Origin: Pecten maximus
Taxonomy: Eukaryota
Direction: 5' to 3'
Length of the DNA: 64,000 nucleotides
Assembly (NCBI RefSeq): GCF_902652985.1
Contig: NC_047020.1
Span: forward strand, 40,176,001-40,240,000
This document shows positions 1 through 11,300 of this stretch, one piece after another. Made by a program: the position numbers and the translations under genes. The notes beneath the pieces were generated by a model, which searched no databases, was not told the origin of the DNA, and was given only the letters and a program-made list of their open reading frames with translations. Positions within the stretch are counted from its first letter, which is position 1, and the number at the start of each line of letters is the position of its first letter.

Positions 1-769
1 TCACAAACACCCATATATAGAGGTTATCATGACTAAATTAACCCAGCAAAATATAGTAAATCAATTGTTAAAATATTCCTGACTGAAAAAATGCAAAATG
101 TTAGAAAGTTGAATATACCATATTCACCCTTTAACAATGTAATATACATAGGTGGGCTTATTACCAGGCATGAGCTTTTTACTGGACAAATACAGTAGTA
201 TGAACACTACTGAAAGAATGCATGTGAAGTAGCCATGATGTATGAAGCATGGAAATCTAAGGGAATTTTTTTTTTTAAATATTCAAAAATGATTTCATGG
301 CATGCTTTTAATGGTGATTTCAATTAATTATTTTTTTTAATCAAATCTCTTTTAGTAGTGCAAGTCTATTTACCCAGACTTGTTGACACCACCAGGTATC
401 GAGACGGAGGCGGACAGGATATTGCTGTTATGGTGATTTGGTGACAAAATGGTTACACCAGTATGTAATTACCTTCCCATTGTTTCCTGAAACAAAACCT
501 ACCTATTGTTCAAAAAGTTTTGGTGTTTAGAGACCCCCCCCCTCAAGTTTGTTATCATAGTATAACATACAGGGTACAACAGTTGAATTATTCTGGTACA
601 GAGGAATTGTGACATGTGACTTCTTGGTAAACTTTGACGCAGAGTCGATTCCATTTAGTTAGTTCTAGTTTCCTGTCTACATTTACATTAATTCAAATAA
701 TAACAAGTCTTCACAACCTCCAGGTTAATAAAACTCGCTCACAGTAAAAACATCATACACAACAGTGGC

Positions 770-920
770 TTTGCTAGTCAACAAGAGCTTCATAAGTCAA
801 TTTTTTGTTTGTCTTCACTAGTCGGCAACAGGTGCCTCACTAGTCAACAGGGGCTTCGCTTGTAAACAGGGGCTTCACTAGTCAACAACAAGGGGTTCTC
901 TTGTCAACAGGGGCTTCAAA
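770..920. repeat. Short tandem repeat of about 19-20 bp
   Basis: GTCAACAGGGGCTTCACTA-like units. Confidence 0.7.
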
Positions 921-1347
921 ATCTATACATTTGTTATAATAATTCAACCATTCAGGAATAGAAATGATCTTTTAAAGAGTTACAAACTTAAAAAATGTTA
1001 ATGTCATTTCAACATGGGGACCATGCATGTCAGGCATTTTGAATTGATAGGCTGGAATAAAATCTACTACCGGTAAGCTACCCAACTGCAACTTGGTGAT
1101 TTTCACAACACTGGCTACTGGATGAAGTATGTTAACACCAACCTGCCATGCAGATCTTTACTTGGAATATACTCATTTAAGTTGATTACATTAATTTGAT
1201 TATTAAGTCTTTTTTATCATGCGGGTGTATGGAGTAATCTGAACAACATACCCAATGCTACATATGAATATGAATCATATATAATCACTAATAAGTACAG
1301 TGTTTGGAGGTCAATCAGATTAAAATCTTCTGTTCCTGGCTGTTGCT

Positions 1348-1428
1348 TGGTTTGTTTTTTGCTTAACGTCCTATTAACAGCCAGGGTTATTGATAGGACG
1401 TTAAGCAAAAACAAACCAAACAAACCAA
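1348..1428. mobile_element. Two inverted SINE 3' ends flanked by a 9-bp direct repeat
   Basis: cttaacgtcctattaa and ttgataggacgttaag arms carry AAAC tails pointing outward. GCTGTTGCT occurs at 1339-1347 and 1429-1437. Confidence 0.75.
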
Positions 1429-4400
1429 GCTGTTGCTATGCTTGGCGTGGCAACATTGGTCATCAGGCCATTCTGTCATATCTTAAATACAAAGTGAATG
1501 AAAACTGAGATTTTGAAAATGTCTGTTTCCCTTGACTTACAAAGAGTAGTCTGCTTGTCAGTTTCCATTGTCAAGTAAAGAGTGGACCACCTGTCTGATC
1601 TAATTGGCTTGACAAAGGAAACAAGAAGTTTTTTTAAGCCATGCAAAGTTTTCAATCATTGTTGGTGTTTAAATTAAATATCTTTCCAAAAATATTACTG
1701 TGACACCAAACTGATGAATCTCATTCTGACCACTTCCTTCTTGTCATACTCTATACCTTCTAAAAAATAGTTTACCTACATACATCATAATAACAGCACC
1801 ATTATCAAAAATCACATCTTTTAGGTACTACAACATGACAGAAATTATACAGATGATTCGTTCAAAGTGTTAAGAAAAATACAAATACATGGTATAAAAT
1901 GCAGGTAACAGAGGTATAGAAATAATTAACAGAGTGAAATTATTTCTAACTAAAACAACAAAAATTAAAATCAATAACTGATGTATATATCTGAACAAAA
2001 TCTGATATGTCTGGCAAAGCAACATGCATATAGTCATTGGTTGTAAAAGTTATTTAACTGTACACTGTATATGACCCCCAAAAATACAAATATTATTAAA
2101 CAATTATAACTTGATTACATAGATTAGACACAAGTTAAAAAAACCCCTTATAATCCACCACCTAGTCATTATTTTATTACTGCAGACGGAAAAAATCTAC
2201 AAAAACTATTTGTTTAGACAAAACACATAAAACATGGTTTCTTAGTTTTTTACATACACACATGATTTTTTTTACCTACATATTTATTTTTTTACTCTAT
2301 AAAACTTTATTAGAGACTGTCATAGTTATATGTTATATTACACTATCAGACTGTATGCATTTTTGCATTATATAACATTTTTATGCAATAATTGTTTAAT
2401 CTAAATACGATTCAATTTTTTTAATCCTCTTAGACTAAAAATTACTGGTTCATAAGTAAAATGTATCTGCCCAAACTAAACAAAAACAAAACATTAGTGA
2501 TTGGGTATGTAACTAAATAATACCGATTCATTGCTTTGCTTAATATATTTATCTATACATAATGACTATATATATGTAAAAAGAACCCGTAGTTCATATT
2601 AGTCTATTAAATTCACTTAACCTGATTCATTAACCATAATGCACTGATTACCTAATAGTGATATTAAGATGTTTTACAGGTAGTTGCTCAACCGTGACTA
2701 AAATAACTTATTTAGCAATCATTGCTATCAACATGATAATTAAAATGACTGTTCACAAGTTATTTTATGTATTCATATATCAGTTTTAAAAACATTCATG
2801 GATACACTATATCATGGACATGAAATTAAAAAAAAAAATGACGAAAGCTTTTTGATAACATTTCCAAGCATGTGAGCCATGCATGCCCTTAAAAATTGTG
2901 ATATCGATGATGCAACTGAAGCAATGGAAGTGTACCGTTGTAAGTCTGGCTAGGACAGCTAATGTGTAAACAGACCTTGAAGGTGGTGTTAATTCGTCCT
3001 CAATCACTGCATTTTATTTCACAACATGCATGTACAGTCAAACCTGCCTTAGCGACCACCTGAATTAAACGACTTCCTTTCATATGCGACCGTATTTTTT
3101 CCTCCCAACGTTATTTACTATACTAGTGACCTGAATTAAGCGACTACCTGTCAGACGCGACTAACGACCATCATTTCCGTGTCCCAAATGCTGAAAAGCG
3201 ACTTTTTTTCAGCGACTTTCCGAGTTTTCCGAAGTCATAATCAAGAAGAAACCGGACGAACTTGTCTGCTTTCAAAGATTAAAAAATACTTTAGAAATGT
3301 ATGAAATGTCTTATTCTGTCTCAAAAAATGTATTGAATTTATTATCTTTGCCCTGATAACACCCAAAAACGAACGAAACTGTACTTTACTTCTAAAGAAT
3401 GAAAGGAGATGGGATATGGCGAAAAAACGTCCTCGCCATTCAGACGATTTTCACGAAATTTTGATAGATAAAAATACAAACATTTGCTTGACAAGTATGA
3501 AAAAGAGTGAATAAACAGTCAACTTACTGTTTAACTGAAATTTATGTTCTTTTTGAGACATTAGGACAGATATTTGCCAGTTAAAAACGTCTCCATCGTT
3601 ATGAAGGAAATGCAGTTACGTGACTAATAATCCGGACGGAAGTCCGGACCAGGAATTCAGGAATGAAAAAAAAAAAAGTTTTTTTTTTTTTTTTTTTGTA
3701 AATGTATCCGGCACTGGAAATAATCAAATTAGCCATTCAAACTCTTTGATTATTTTTTGTATTTTAAAATTAAAAAAATTATTGTAACATGCTAAAAGAA
3801 TTTAAATATATATATTAATGAATTTGTTAGTATGATTTCTGTAATAATGAATATTCAATAGCATCTCATAAATATTCAACACTTTTTTATGATTTTTTTT
3901 TTTTTAAATATTCAGCAACATCTAATTATCTGGTAATGAATATTCAACACTATTTAATGAAAATTCATCATGTAATGAATATTCAACTTAACTTTTAATG
4001 AATATTCAATTCAACCTATTCTATGAATATATATATATATATATTCATCCTATTTAATGAATATTCAACATCATCAACCCATGTTGCATGTGTAAATACT
4101 TATAAGAAGCACGACAAAAAGACAGGCACTTAATATCTGTGTTTAAATAATCTTGTCTGATCTGGCAAATTGATAACTAAAAAATATTACAGGTTATATA
4201 AAAAGCTTTGCTTTGTACATCATAATGAAAATTAATTTTTCACAGATTAGCTAGAACCAATTCATCCCAAAAACAAAACAGTGAAACTCGTGTATAGGCA
4301 ATACATTTATAATGTAAATATAATCAATACGTGTATTAAAAAAAATAACAAGATGTTCAAAGCGCTTGAATACATCATCCATCTGGGTGTTGAATCAACA

Positions 4401-4688
4401 ATGAGAAAATATTTCATACATACATGTAGTATATTTGGACAGACACTCTGTTAATCCAACAATGTTTCTTTCCTCTGACTGGATTAGGAATAGTCTAGAA
4501 GTTCTATATGGAAAATTTGTCGCAGTGGCAACGGATAACAAAATTTGAACCTCGATATAATTATAAGCTCACATGACTCTTCAGACAAGGTGAGCTACAA
4601 CAACTAAAAGCATGATTAGAAAGTTGCCTTCATACATGACATACATGTTACATACTTAAACAAATTCAACCATAATTGTACCAAATAA

Positions 4689-6218
4689 TTAAAGCCGGAG
4701 GGTGGTGCTCAGCAGTAAATTGGGAACCAGACTTTGAGGCAGATGATTTTCTTTGACCAAATCCAGCAGTTTGGTTTTAATATCTAGTCCCAGTATCTTA
4801 CGAACTCTTAAGATTGACATATGGCGTAATGTTGGTACATTTTGTATGTGATCATTGAAGAGCTCCTCGAATTTGACCTGGTCCAATTCTCTACCAATGC
4901 TGTTTAGGGTCTGATAGTCAAACTTTGCTCCGGCTCTCACCATGACACTTAAGATCTCTAGATCCTTGACCATTTGGGCGGTTACCTCTGGACTGCAGTA
5001 TGGTGGGTAATCTGTCGGACAATTCTCCTGCAGCAGAATTTTGACCAACGGCAATGAACGATTTTTGATTGCATGGAATAATGGGTTTTCGCTGCGGATG
5101 AATTCAAGGGTCAGTCTGGCACCTAGCTTCAACAGTAGAAGTGTCATGTCTACGTCACCGTTTGAGACGGCAACAGTGAGAAGGGATTGTTTTGATTCTG
5201 TGCGCAGGTTTACGTCACCCCCATGAGCGACCAGCATGGGAAGAATCTTCATGTTGTGCTCGGTGACTGCCAGCCACAGAGGAGTGGTATGATACATATC
5301 CATGACATTGGGATCAGCGTTATATTTCAACAGATGCTGCACACTTAAATCGTCACTTTTAGATACAGCAATGTGAAGCGGAGTACGACCGGGAGCCGTG
5401 GAAACTTTCGTGTCAGCTCCGGCCTTGAGTAACATCTCGACAGTGTCATGGCGTATCTGATTCTGACACATTACACGCAGTAAAGGGCTGTTACCTTCCT
5501 TACATATGGCGTTAACATTAGCTCCGGCTTTCACTAGAATCTCTGTCAATTCTTTATCTTTTATCACAGCTACATGCAGTGGACTGATTCCGGAGTCTGG
5601 ACTCAGATTAACATCACAGCCTGCATTGACTAGTAGGTATACAATCTTCATGCAACTTTTCTTGTATTGGTGGCGGAAATGGAATACAGCTTTGATCAGA
5701 GGAGTTACACCATGGTTGTTCTTGATATCTTTACATTCTGAATTATGTTCCAGAAACAGACGAACAGCATGGTAGTTACCAGACTTACAAGCCACGTGGA
5801 TGGCCAGATCCCCAAGTCTATTTCCCTGCATCACATCTGCATTGTATTTCAACAGAAGTTGCAGAATTCCAGTACTTTTAGACTTCTCCTCTTTATGCTG
5901 CTCAGAGAGAATGTGTATGGCTCGACAGCCTTGATGCCAGGGCTGGATTTGGCTCCTCCCTATAAATATATGATTCACATCCACCTTTTTCTGTTCTAAC
6001 AAATTCTCTATCACATTTATATCCTTCTCCAGGACAGCCTGATAGAACTCTCGTGAGTCTGGCGATTTTACATTCATTGCCATAGTCATTTGGAGAATAT
6101 GGTTTTTAATATCAAACTGATCCGGGTCATTTGTGTCGTCCAAGCCGATACCCGTATAAGGACACTTACTAGAAACTTCTTCCTCTTCTTCCACAGGAAC
6201 CTGCATATTTTCTGCCAT
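4689..6218 (-). CDS. Ankyrin-repeat and SOCS-box protein (ASB-like E3 ligase adaptor), 509 aa, single coding exon
   Basis: About 9-10 ankyrin repeats (GDLAIHVAC, GVTPLIKAV, GISPLHVAV, GRTPLHIAV, TTPLWLAV) and a C-terminal SOCS box (VPTLRHMSILRVRKILG...LPQSLVPNLL). Good start context aaacaATGG. A strong splice acceptor (tctcctccttttgacag) sits 204 nt upstream, with the exon starting at 6422. Confidence 0.92.
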   Translation of the reverse strand: MAENMQVPVEEEEEVSSKCPYTGIGLDDTNDPDQFDIKNHILQMTMAMNVKSPDSREFYQAVLEKDINVIENLLEQKKVDVNHIFIGRSQIQPWHQGCRAIHILSEQHKEEKSKSTGILQLLLKYNADVMQGNRLGDLAIHVACKSGNYHAVRLFLEHNSECKDIKNNHGVTPLIKAVFHFRHQYKKSCMKIVYLLVNAGCDVNLSPDSGISPLHVAVIKDKELTEILVKAGANVNAICKEGNSPLLRVMCQNQIRHDTVEMLLKAGADTKVSTAPGRTPLHIAVSKSDDLSVQHLLKYNADPNVMDMYHTTPLWLAVTEHNMKILPMLVAHGGDVNLRTESKQSLLTVAVSNGDVDMTLLLLKLGARLTLEFIRSENPLFHAIKNRSLPLVKILLQENCPTDYPPYCSPEVTAQMVKDLEILSVMVRAGAKFDYQTLNSIGRELDQVKFEELFNDHIQNVPTLRHMSILRVRKILGLDIKTKLLDLVKENHLPQSLVPNLLLSTTLRL

Positions 6219-7047
6219 TGTTTTTTCACAATTCTAGTTAAAATTGAATTCCTTGCAGAAATAATCTAACAAACCAATGAAAATGTCTTAACTAAAATGA
6301 TTGACTATTTTTGCTTTGACAAGGTCTCGCATCTGACATCAATGAACTGCACAAAACATTGCGTTGACCCGGCTTACAGTTGTCAGTCACCATAGTAACA
6401 GTCAAACGTCTTCATGGACACCCTGTCAAAAGGAGGAGATCGTCTCAGAAAACAGAAGATAAGATTTTTTATTCATTTTTTGTTTATATTACTGCAGTAA
6501 ATTAATTTAATTTTACTTTAATATCATTACTGAATATTGTTTGTAAATAATTCTACAAAAAAATTTCTGTTTTTTTATGTGGACTACAGACTAGTCACTG
6601 AATTATATTATTAGACTGCTGTGTAAATGGATGTCACATGATAAATATGTCTTATAACTTCAGTGATTTTTGTGATGCTGCCAAGAAGATCTCCATTTAA
6701 GACCATTTGACAAGGTTGCCATTTATAAAAATCAAGCATATTTAAATAATTGTTTTCATAATTTCATATATCCAGCTGGAATCCACAAAACTATGTATGT
6801 TTTTGACTCCCTAAGGACTGAAAAGTATTTTTGGACTTTTCCGTTTGAAGAGACATGCATGGCTGTTTGAGAATATGTTTTGAATCTTCAGATTTGATCA
6901 CTCCTGGGCAGTTTTAGCAAACGAGATCGTTAAAAATGTATACAACAATTTACTTGACCAATCTTTGTTAACAAAAGTGGTCAACACCTTTGATGTAATA
7001 TATAACCAATAAATTTAGATGGTGTTCACCATATACATTTTACTTAC

Positions 7048-7996
7048 ATGTCGCTTTTTATCGAAGCTATCATAATACAACTTGGAGAAAACTTCCCCTG
7101 CTTCACTTGCTTGATCAACTTTTGCCTGGAAGTCCTATAAGTATAGGCAATAAAAACAAATTATTAATGATATAAGCCCATTCGTACAGTGATAAGTGAT
7201 GTCACAATGTCCAGTTTAGCTCCTCCCACTGGTGGTTTGTCCATGGCCATGTATCACTGTACAATAGGAAGCTTCAATAGTTAATTTCTTCCTTATTTTT
7301 CGACCAAATTTTAAATGTCATGTATCAAAATGAAGATTGAATCATTCTCTTTCCCGTGATGCCTTTCATTTTTCACTGGATATGACTTTATCAATAATTA
7401 TATATCCGCTCACCTGTAATTTTTTTCACTATATATAACGTTAACTCTACTTAACCTAAGCCAATTAAGTCCACTAATGGGCGTGGCCTAATCTATAGTT
7501 CTGACCAATGTGACGTCAGCATGAATGACCATATTCAATATGTTCCAAAAATGTTGGAGGTTCTGCACGGTGACAAAATTTCGACAGAATCCGTAAAACG
7601 TCGCAAAATCCCCAATGCAAACGTGCGCTAGACCTCTTATAAAGCTTTTAAGACTAAATTTTGACCATGTCAAATACTAACAAATATGTCATAGTCTACT
7701 AAGTGCTGTATGTCCATGAAAAAAGAGCTATATTTAGACAGTGATGATATTTCACAAGACAAATGGCACCATTTTTAATTAACAAAGACTAATCAGCTGA
7801 TCAACCCGTGAGTTTTATCACCGCCAAAAATAGAATATGCACGCGGGCAAACGAATGTTTTTTTTTTATGGTTGCATATGAAGGTTAATCATAATGCTCA
7901 TGAATCATCAATATATTGGCTAAAGAGGAATAGATAAAAGTGACTTTTTGTATAAAACCCATCTAAAATTGTGTAAAACTGCCTTACCGATGCCAT
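7048..7996 (-). CDS. NXT2: NTF2-related export protein NXT1/NXT2, first two coding exons (rest not found in this window)
   Basis: Exon 1 is 7996..7988 (ATG GCA TCG then gtaagg); exon 2 is 7134..7048 (87 nt, ag/gtaagt). They give MAS-DFQAKVDQASEAGEVFSKLYYDSFDKKRH, which matches the recalled human NXT N-terminus [33 protein letters not shown]. No exon with the expected LVWNGN motif was found in 1..7047. NXT1 versus NXT2 cannot be resolved, as they are vertebrate paralogues. Confidence 0.85.
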
Positions 7997-8354
7997 TTTC
8001 TTAATTTCATTAACGGAAGTGGAATCCGATGCCTAATAATAAAACATTATTCCTAACCACAATTCCGGATTCTACATCAATTTGGGCTTTAAGGGAAAAA
8101 CAAACTGAATTATGATATTCAAGAACATCAATATTCCTAAAGAATTAAAAACATATGAAGATCGGTGTTTGATAAATCATTCATCTTCAAAAAATATTAT
8201 TGAACGTGTGCAATGCATCTTGAATATTCGGACAAAAATCCTGCCCGTCTTTAATATTACCTACCTTTCAATAACTTCCGAAAGTTCACACGTGTGAAAA
8301 GTTTCTCGTTTACTGTATGGTTTATGATAAGAATTTACCTTTGATGGAACAACA
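7997..8354. promoter_or_regulatory. Bidirectional promoter / 5' UTRs shared by NXT (-) and POLR1E (+)
   Basis: Only 358 bp lie between the two divergent ATGs. ETS/GABP-type CGGAAGT at 8014-8020 and ACTTCCG at 8274-8280, E-box palindrome TTCACACGTGTGAA at 8285-8298, and YY1-like GCCATTTT over the NXT ATG. Confidence 0.7.
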
Positions 8355-11300
8355 ATGACGGATGTGACACTAGATGTACCTAGTGAGAGGAAGTCGGTTT
8401 TGATAGGTAATACATTTACGACATTTTGAGTGAAAGATGAGGAAGAGCGCACCTTATTGCTGCTTCAGACATAGGGAGAGAATTGGTAGATCCCTTTACA
8501 ATTATTACCAGATTACAACTGTATTGACCGATCCAGTGAGCCGCGTCATTATGAATCAGCTGATCGAGTTAACTGTGTAATTAAGCCAAGTTTCTGATAA
8601 TGTGAAGTTTTTCACAAAACCAGGTTTCTGATGCAGTGAACAGCTGACCAAATGTTACCAAGCCATGCCAGGTTTCTTCTGATCCACCACAGGGGTTAAT
8701 TGGGTAATGAATGAAAAGGTCTATGATAACGATATGAATTGAAAATAGAGTCGAGATCAATATAAACAAATTCATTACAAACCCCTTTGCTTTTGTTTAT
8801 ATTGATTTCAACTCTATGTTTGATTATTGTCATTATCATAATCATTCACTACATACAAATGATCATGAACCATCTACATAAGTCAGGATTCTGATCCACT
8901 GAACTGTGTCAATAACTAACCAAGGTTTCTGATCCAGTGAACTGTGTCTCTAAGCCGGTGGGAGTTCTCTGATCCAGTCAGTAATTTTATTTGGGCACAC
9001 TTGGGACCGGATATTGGCCTCTTGATTTCCCTAGAGAAATTTTCACCCCAATTGTTAGTTTTCCTTGTGTGATATTGTTAATTCATACTAATTTTCTCAA
9101 AGCCAGTGAATCATATCACTATGCCAGGTTTCTGACCTAGTGAATTGTGTCACTAAATGAGGTCTCTGATCCAGTAAACTGTCTCTAAGCCAGTTTATCT
9201 ACTATACATGTACTGATATACAGAAAAGAATCTTGCTTCACAGGCACAAACCTCATTGCTACTTGTACCCAAGGAAAACTTTGGAACAAGTTCCTTCCTG
9301 GAGTGGGAATACATATATGTGCTTGGCTAGGACATGGCTAGTGAGGACCAGAGGATTTTTCCAGCATTATAAGATAGAGGACCCAGAATTGATCCTTGGT
9401 GGAGGCACTGGAAAAAAAACAATGACTTAAAAAAATGAAATGGACTTTCTTCATGTCACTGTATGACAGTGCTTTATCTCATTGATTATTGATATTTGGT
9501 TGTATGTTCCTGTATACTGACCCTAGGTTTAATCACCTATAAATCTAGTCTACAGAGTGTTACATGTATTGTCCTGGCCTTTGTTCGTTTACGTCACATA
9601 TGTCCCAATTTCTGTTGTCAGATGACAGAGTATTGTATGAGTTGCCAAAAAATTTATATTTGAATACCTTTAGTTTAAAGAATTATTCTTTTTTATTGTT
9701 ATTCGTAATAGCAGTGTCACAAGCTAAAAATCAAATAAGGTGGCCGGGTGGCCAAATGGTAACTAACTTGCCTTTCACCTAAAGCTAGCCAAGCTGGAGT
9801 TTGATTACCTGATCAAATGTGATCAAAGGTGATTTCCTCCAAATACTTCAATTACCGGTACCTGTTAATGAAGCTTACAGTTTTTAAAAATCAAATAAAT
9901 CCACTGTGGTATATATACTTATACACCATACAGGCAGTTATGATAATTGTTCATATCCTATATCAGAATATGTGCTGCAGTGGAAGATCACTACAAATTG
10001 AAGTATGAAAATTGATACAATATTTGTGTTCCAGCAAACTTCTCAAATGGCCAGGTAAATAGAAAGAGATGTGATGACCTGTCAATTGGCCACTTTGTGT
10101 CCTCACAGAACCGTCCTGGTGGCAAAAGGAAGAAACAGTTACTGGTAGGTAAATCAGGATTTCATCAGATGAAGGTAACTCCTTGTAAGTTATAATATAC
10201 CACATGGAGAAATTCACAACCCATGGTACATACATGTATTATTACAATATTTGACCTAATAAGTGCACCTGTCCCTACTGGCACACCCCATTCCTTTTCA
10301 TGAAATGAGGATTGGTGCAGTGATTAAATCATATAAAAAGAGGATGGGTGTGCAAATTTCAACAAATAAAAGTCCCCTACCTCTGATCTGCCAATATAAT
10401 CTTCAGTCTTTTAAACAAAACCCTTTTGTGTTCACTTCAAAATGTGTGTAAAAGTTATTTTTTTCCAACCCAGATTTCACACAGAAATTTGTCTTTGTAC
10501 ATGGTTATATATTTACCATTGTATGGCACTGCCACTATATAACCCTACCAATTCAGTTGCGAGTTCACCAGCTTATGAACTGCCAACTGAAATTTGTATT
10601 TGAAAATTTCAAAAAAAAAATCGCACGACAAATAAAAAATCGCAGATGGTAAATATAAACATTGAACAGCTTTCAGTTGGCATTCATAGTCAATATGAAT
10701 GCCAACTGAAAGCCGTTCAATGCTTAAATGAAGGGCTCCCCTTTTGTGTTTTTTTAAACACGTACAATGTAGTGTAATTATTAGGTCAAATAAGGTAGTA
10801 TTGTATATATATGCATCATATACATATGTACAGACTTTGGGTTGGGAATATGTGACAAGTCGACGTCCTTGTGAGTAATTCTGACAAACAGTATCAGAGC
10901 AATCAGCTCAAAGGGCAATGAAATTTAGATGAAAAAGGTACGGGTAGATATTTTCATCAGTTCACCTAGATGCAAGTTATTTGTAATGGAGATGAAAGTG
11001 ATGAAAATATGCTAGTTTATGTTTTTTCTGATTTTTCTGATTTTTTTTTTTTTGGCATTGAACTTGAAAAACAAATAAAATTTACTTTTTGGGTGGGCGT
11101 TTTTGCTGAGTTTGGAGAATGGTCCCAAAATTGATTTTTAATAACCGCCTACAATGTATATATTCTGCAACCAGAAAGTAATTTGGCATTAGTCCCCCCC
11201 TCCCCCCCAAAAAAAACAAAAAAACCCACATTATTCAAATATGTATACATTTTCTAGAATTGTTTAAGGATATTGATAATTGATTTAAAAAAAAATGCAT

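Noticed and set aside
6610-6740. Minus-strand stretch MVLNGDLLGS as NXT exon 3
   Set aside because: Only vague similarity to LVWNGN, no suitable splice sites, and it runs into a stop.
10997-11040. C/D box snoRNA in a POLR1E intron (GTGATGA...CTGA)
   Set aside because: Too short, with no terminal stem or recognisable guide; expected by chance.
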